The notes beneath the pieces were generated by a model that searched no databases, had not been told where the DNA came from, and saw nothing but the letters and a program-made list of their open reading frames with translations. Both the position numbers and the translations under genes were made by a program. Of a stretch of 64,000 bases of DNA, positions 63,957 to 64,000 are shown one piece after another (positions within the stretch are counted from its first letter, which is position 1; the number at the start of each line of letters is the position of its first letter). The stretch comes from Candidatus Aminicenantes bacterium (GTDB taxonomy: Bacteria; Acidobacteriota; Aminicenantia; Aminicenantales; UBA4085), in the NCBI GenBank assembly GCA_963729855.1, contig CAVSPT010000006.1, forward strand, positions 933,428-997,427, written 5' to 3'.

Positions 63957-64000
63957 ATAATGCCTAACAATATCCGGACGGATACAGACACGCTCAACCG

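Noticed and set aside
1-64000. CRISPR arrays, IS elements/transposases, integrases, prophage genes, toxin-antitoxin pairs, rRNA
   Set aside because: I looked for regularly spaced direct repeats, DDE/serine/tyrosine recombinase motifs and rRNA-like segments on both strands and recognised none. The only repeat-like structure is the nested inverted repeat at 62924-63097.

Overview
GC-rich bacterial chromosomal segment (about 60-65% GC by eye, strong third-position GC bias, so long antisense shadow ORFs are everywhere). It is densely coding: about 55 protein genes and one tRNA. All calls come from reading the translations and DNA by eye; no database search or statistics were run. I recognised no rRNA, CRISPR array, transposase, integrase or phage genes. 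Left to right: (1) an exopolysaccharide locus on the + strand (sugar-nucleotide dehydrogenase, acetyltransferase, priming transferase, outer-membrane beta-barrel, Wza-like exporter, Wzc-like tyrosine kinase). (2) A minus-strand block of orphan solute-binding protein, histidine kinase, sigma-54 activator, CheY-like regulator, pgsB-pgsC-third gene (poly-gamma-glutamate synthesis) and a PAS/GAF kinase. (3) Housekeeping and accessory genes: FtsX-type permease, lipid kinase, OsmC, TrmJ-like, SDR, Tat-signal glycosidase-like protein with two MFS transporters, and a GlpA-like FAD oxidoreductase trio. (4) An anaerobic ribonucleotide reductase operon (nrdD, glutaredoxin-like, nrdG, dut) with tandem NrdR-box-like sites. 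(5) Envelope and secreted proteins, including a FecR/Trp-rich/Ser-Arg-rich protein and a Met-rich Spy/ZraP-like protein. (6) A ribose-type sugar ABC importer plus a GHMP kinase. (7) An ABC-2 exporter, a TPR-like protein and a prepilin peptidase, followed by a large polytopic membrane protein and asnB. (8) A LarA-like gene, tilS, tRNA(CAT), and an AT-rich block at the right edge. The most interesting observations are regulatory. Four good sigma-54 -24/-12 matches were found by eye. Three of them share an upstream TGTAAATT motif and link the SBP/kinase/activator module to the CheY-like gene and the poly-gamma-glutamate operon. One of those three is followed about 100 nt later by a strong intrinsic terminator, which suggests a sigma-54-dependent small RNA or an attenuator. 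A 174-bp nested inverted-repeat element lies between the tRNA and tilS.
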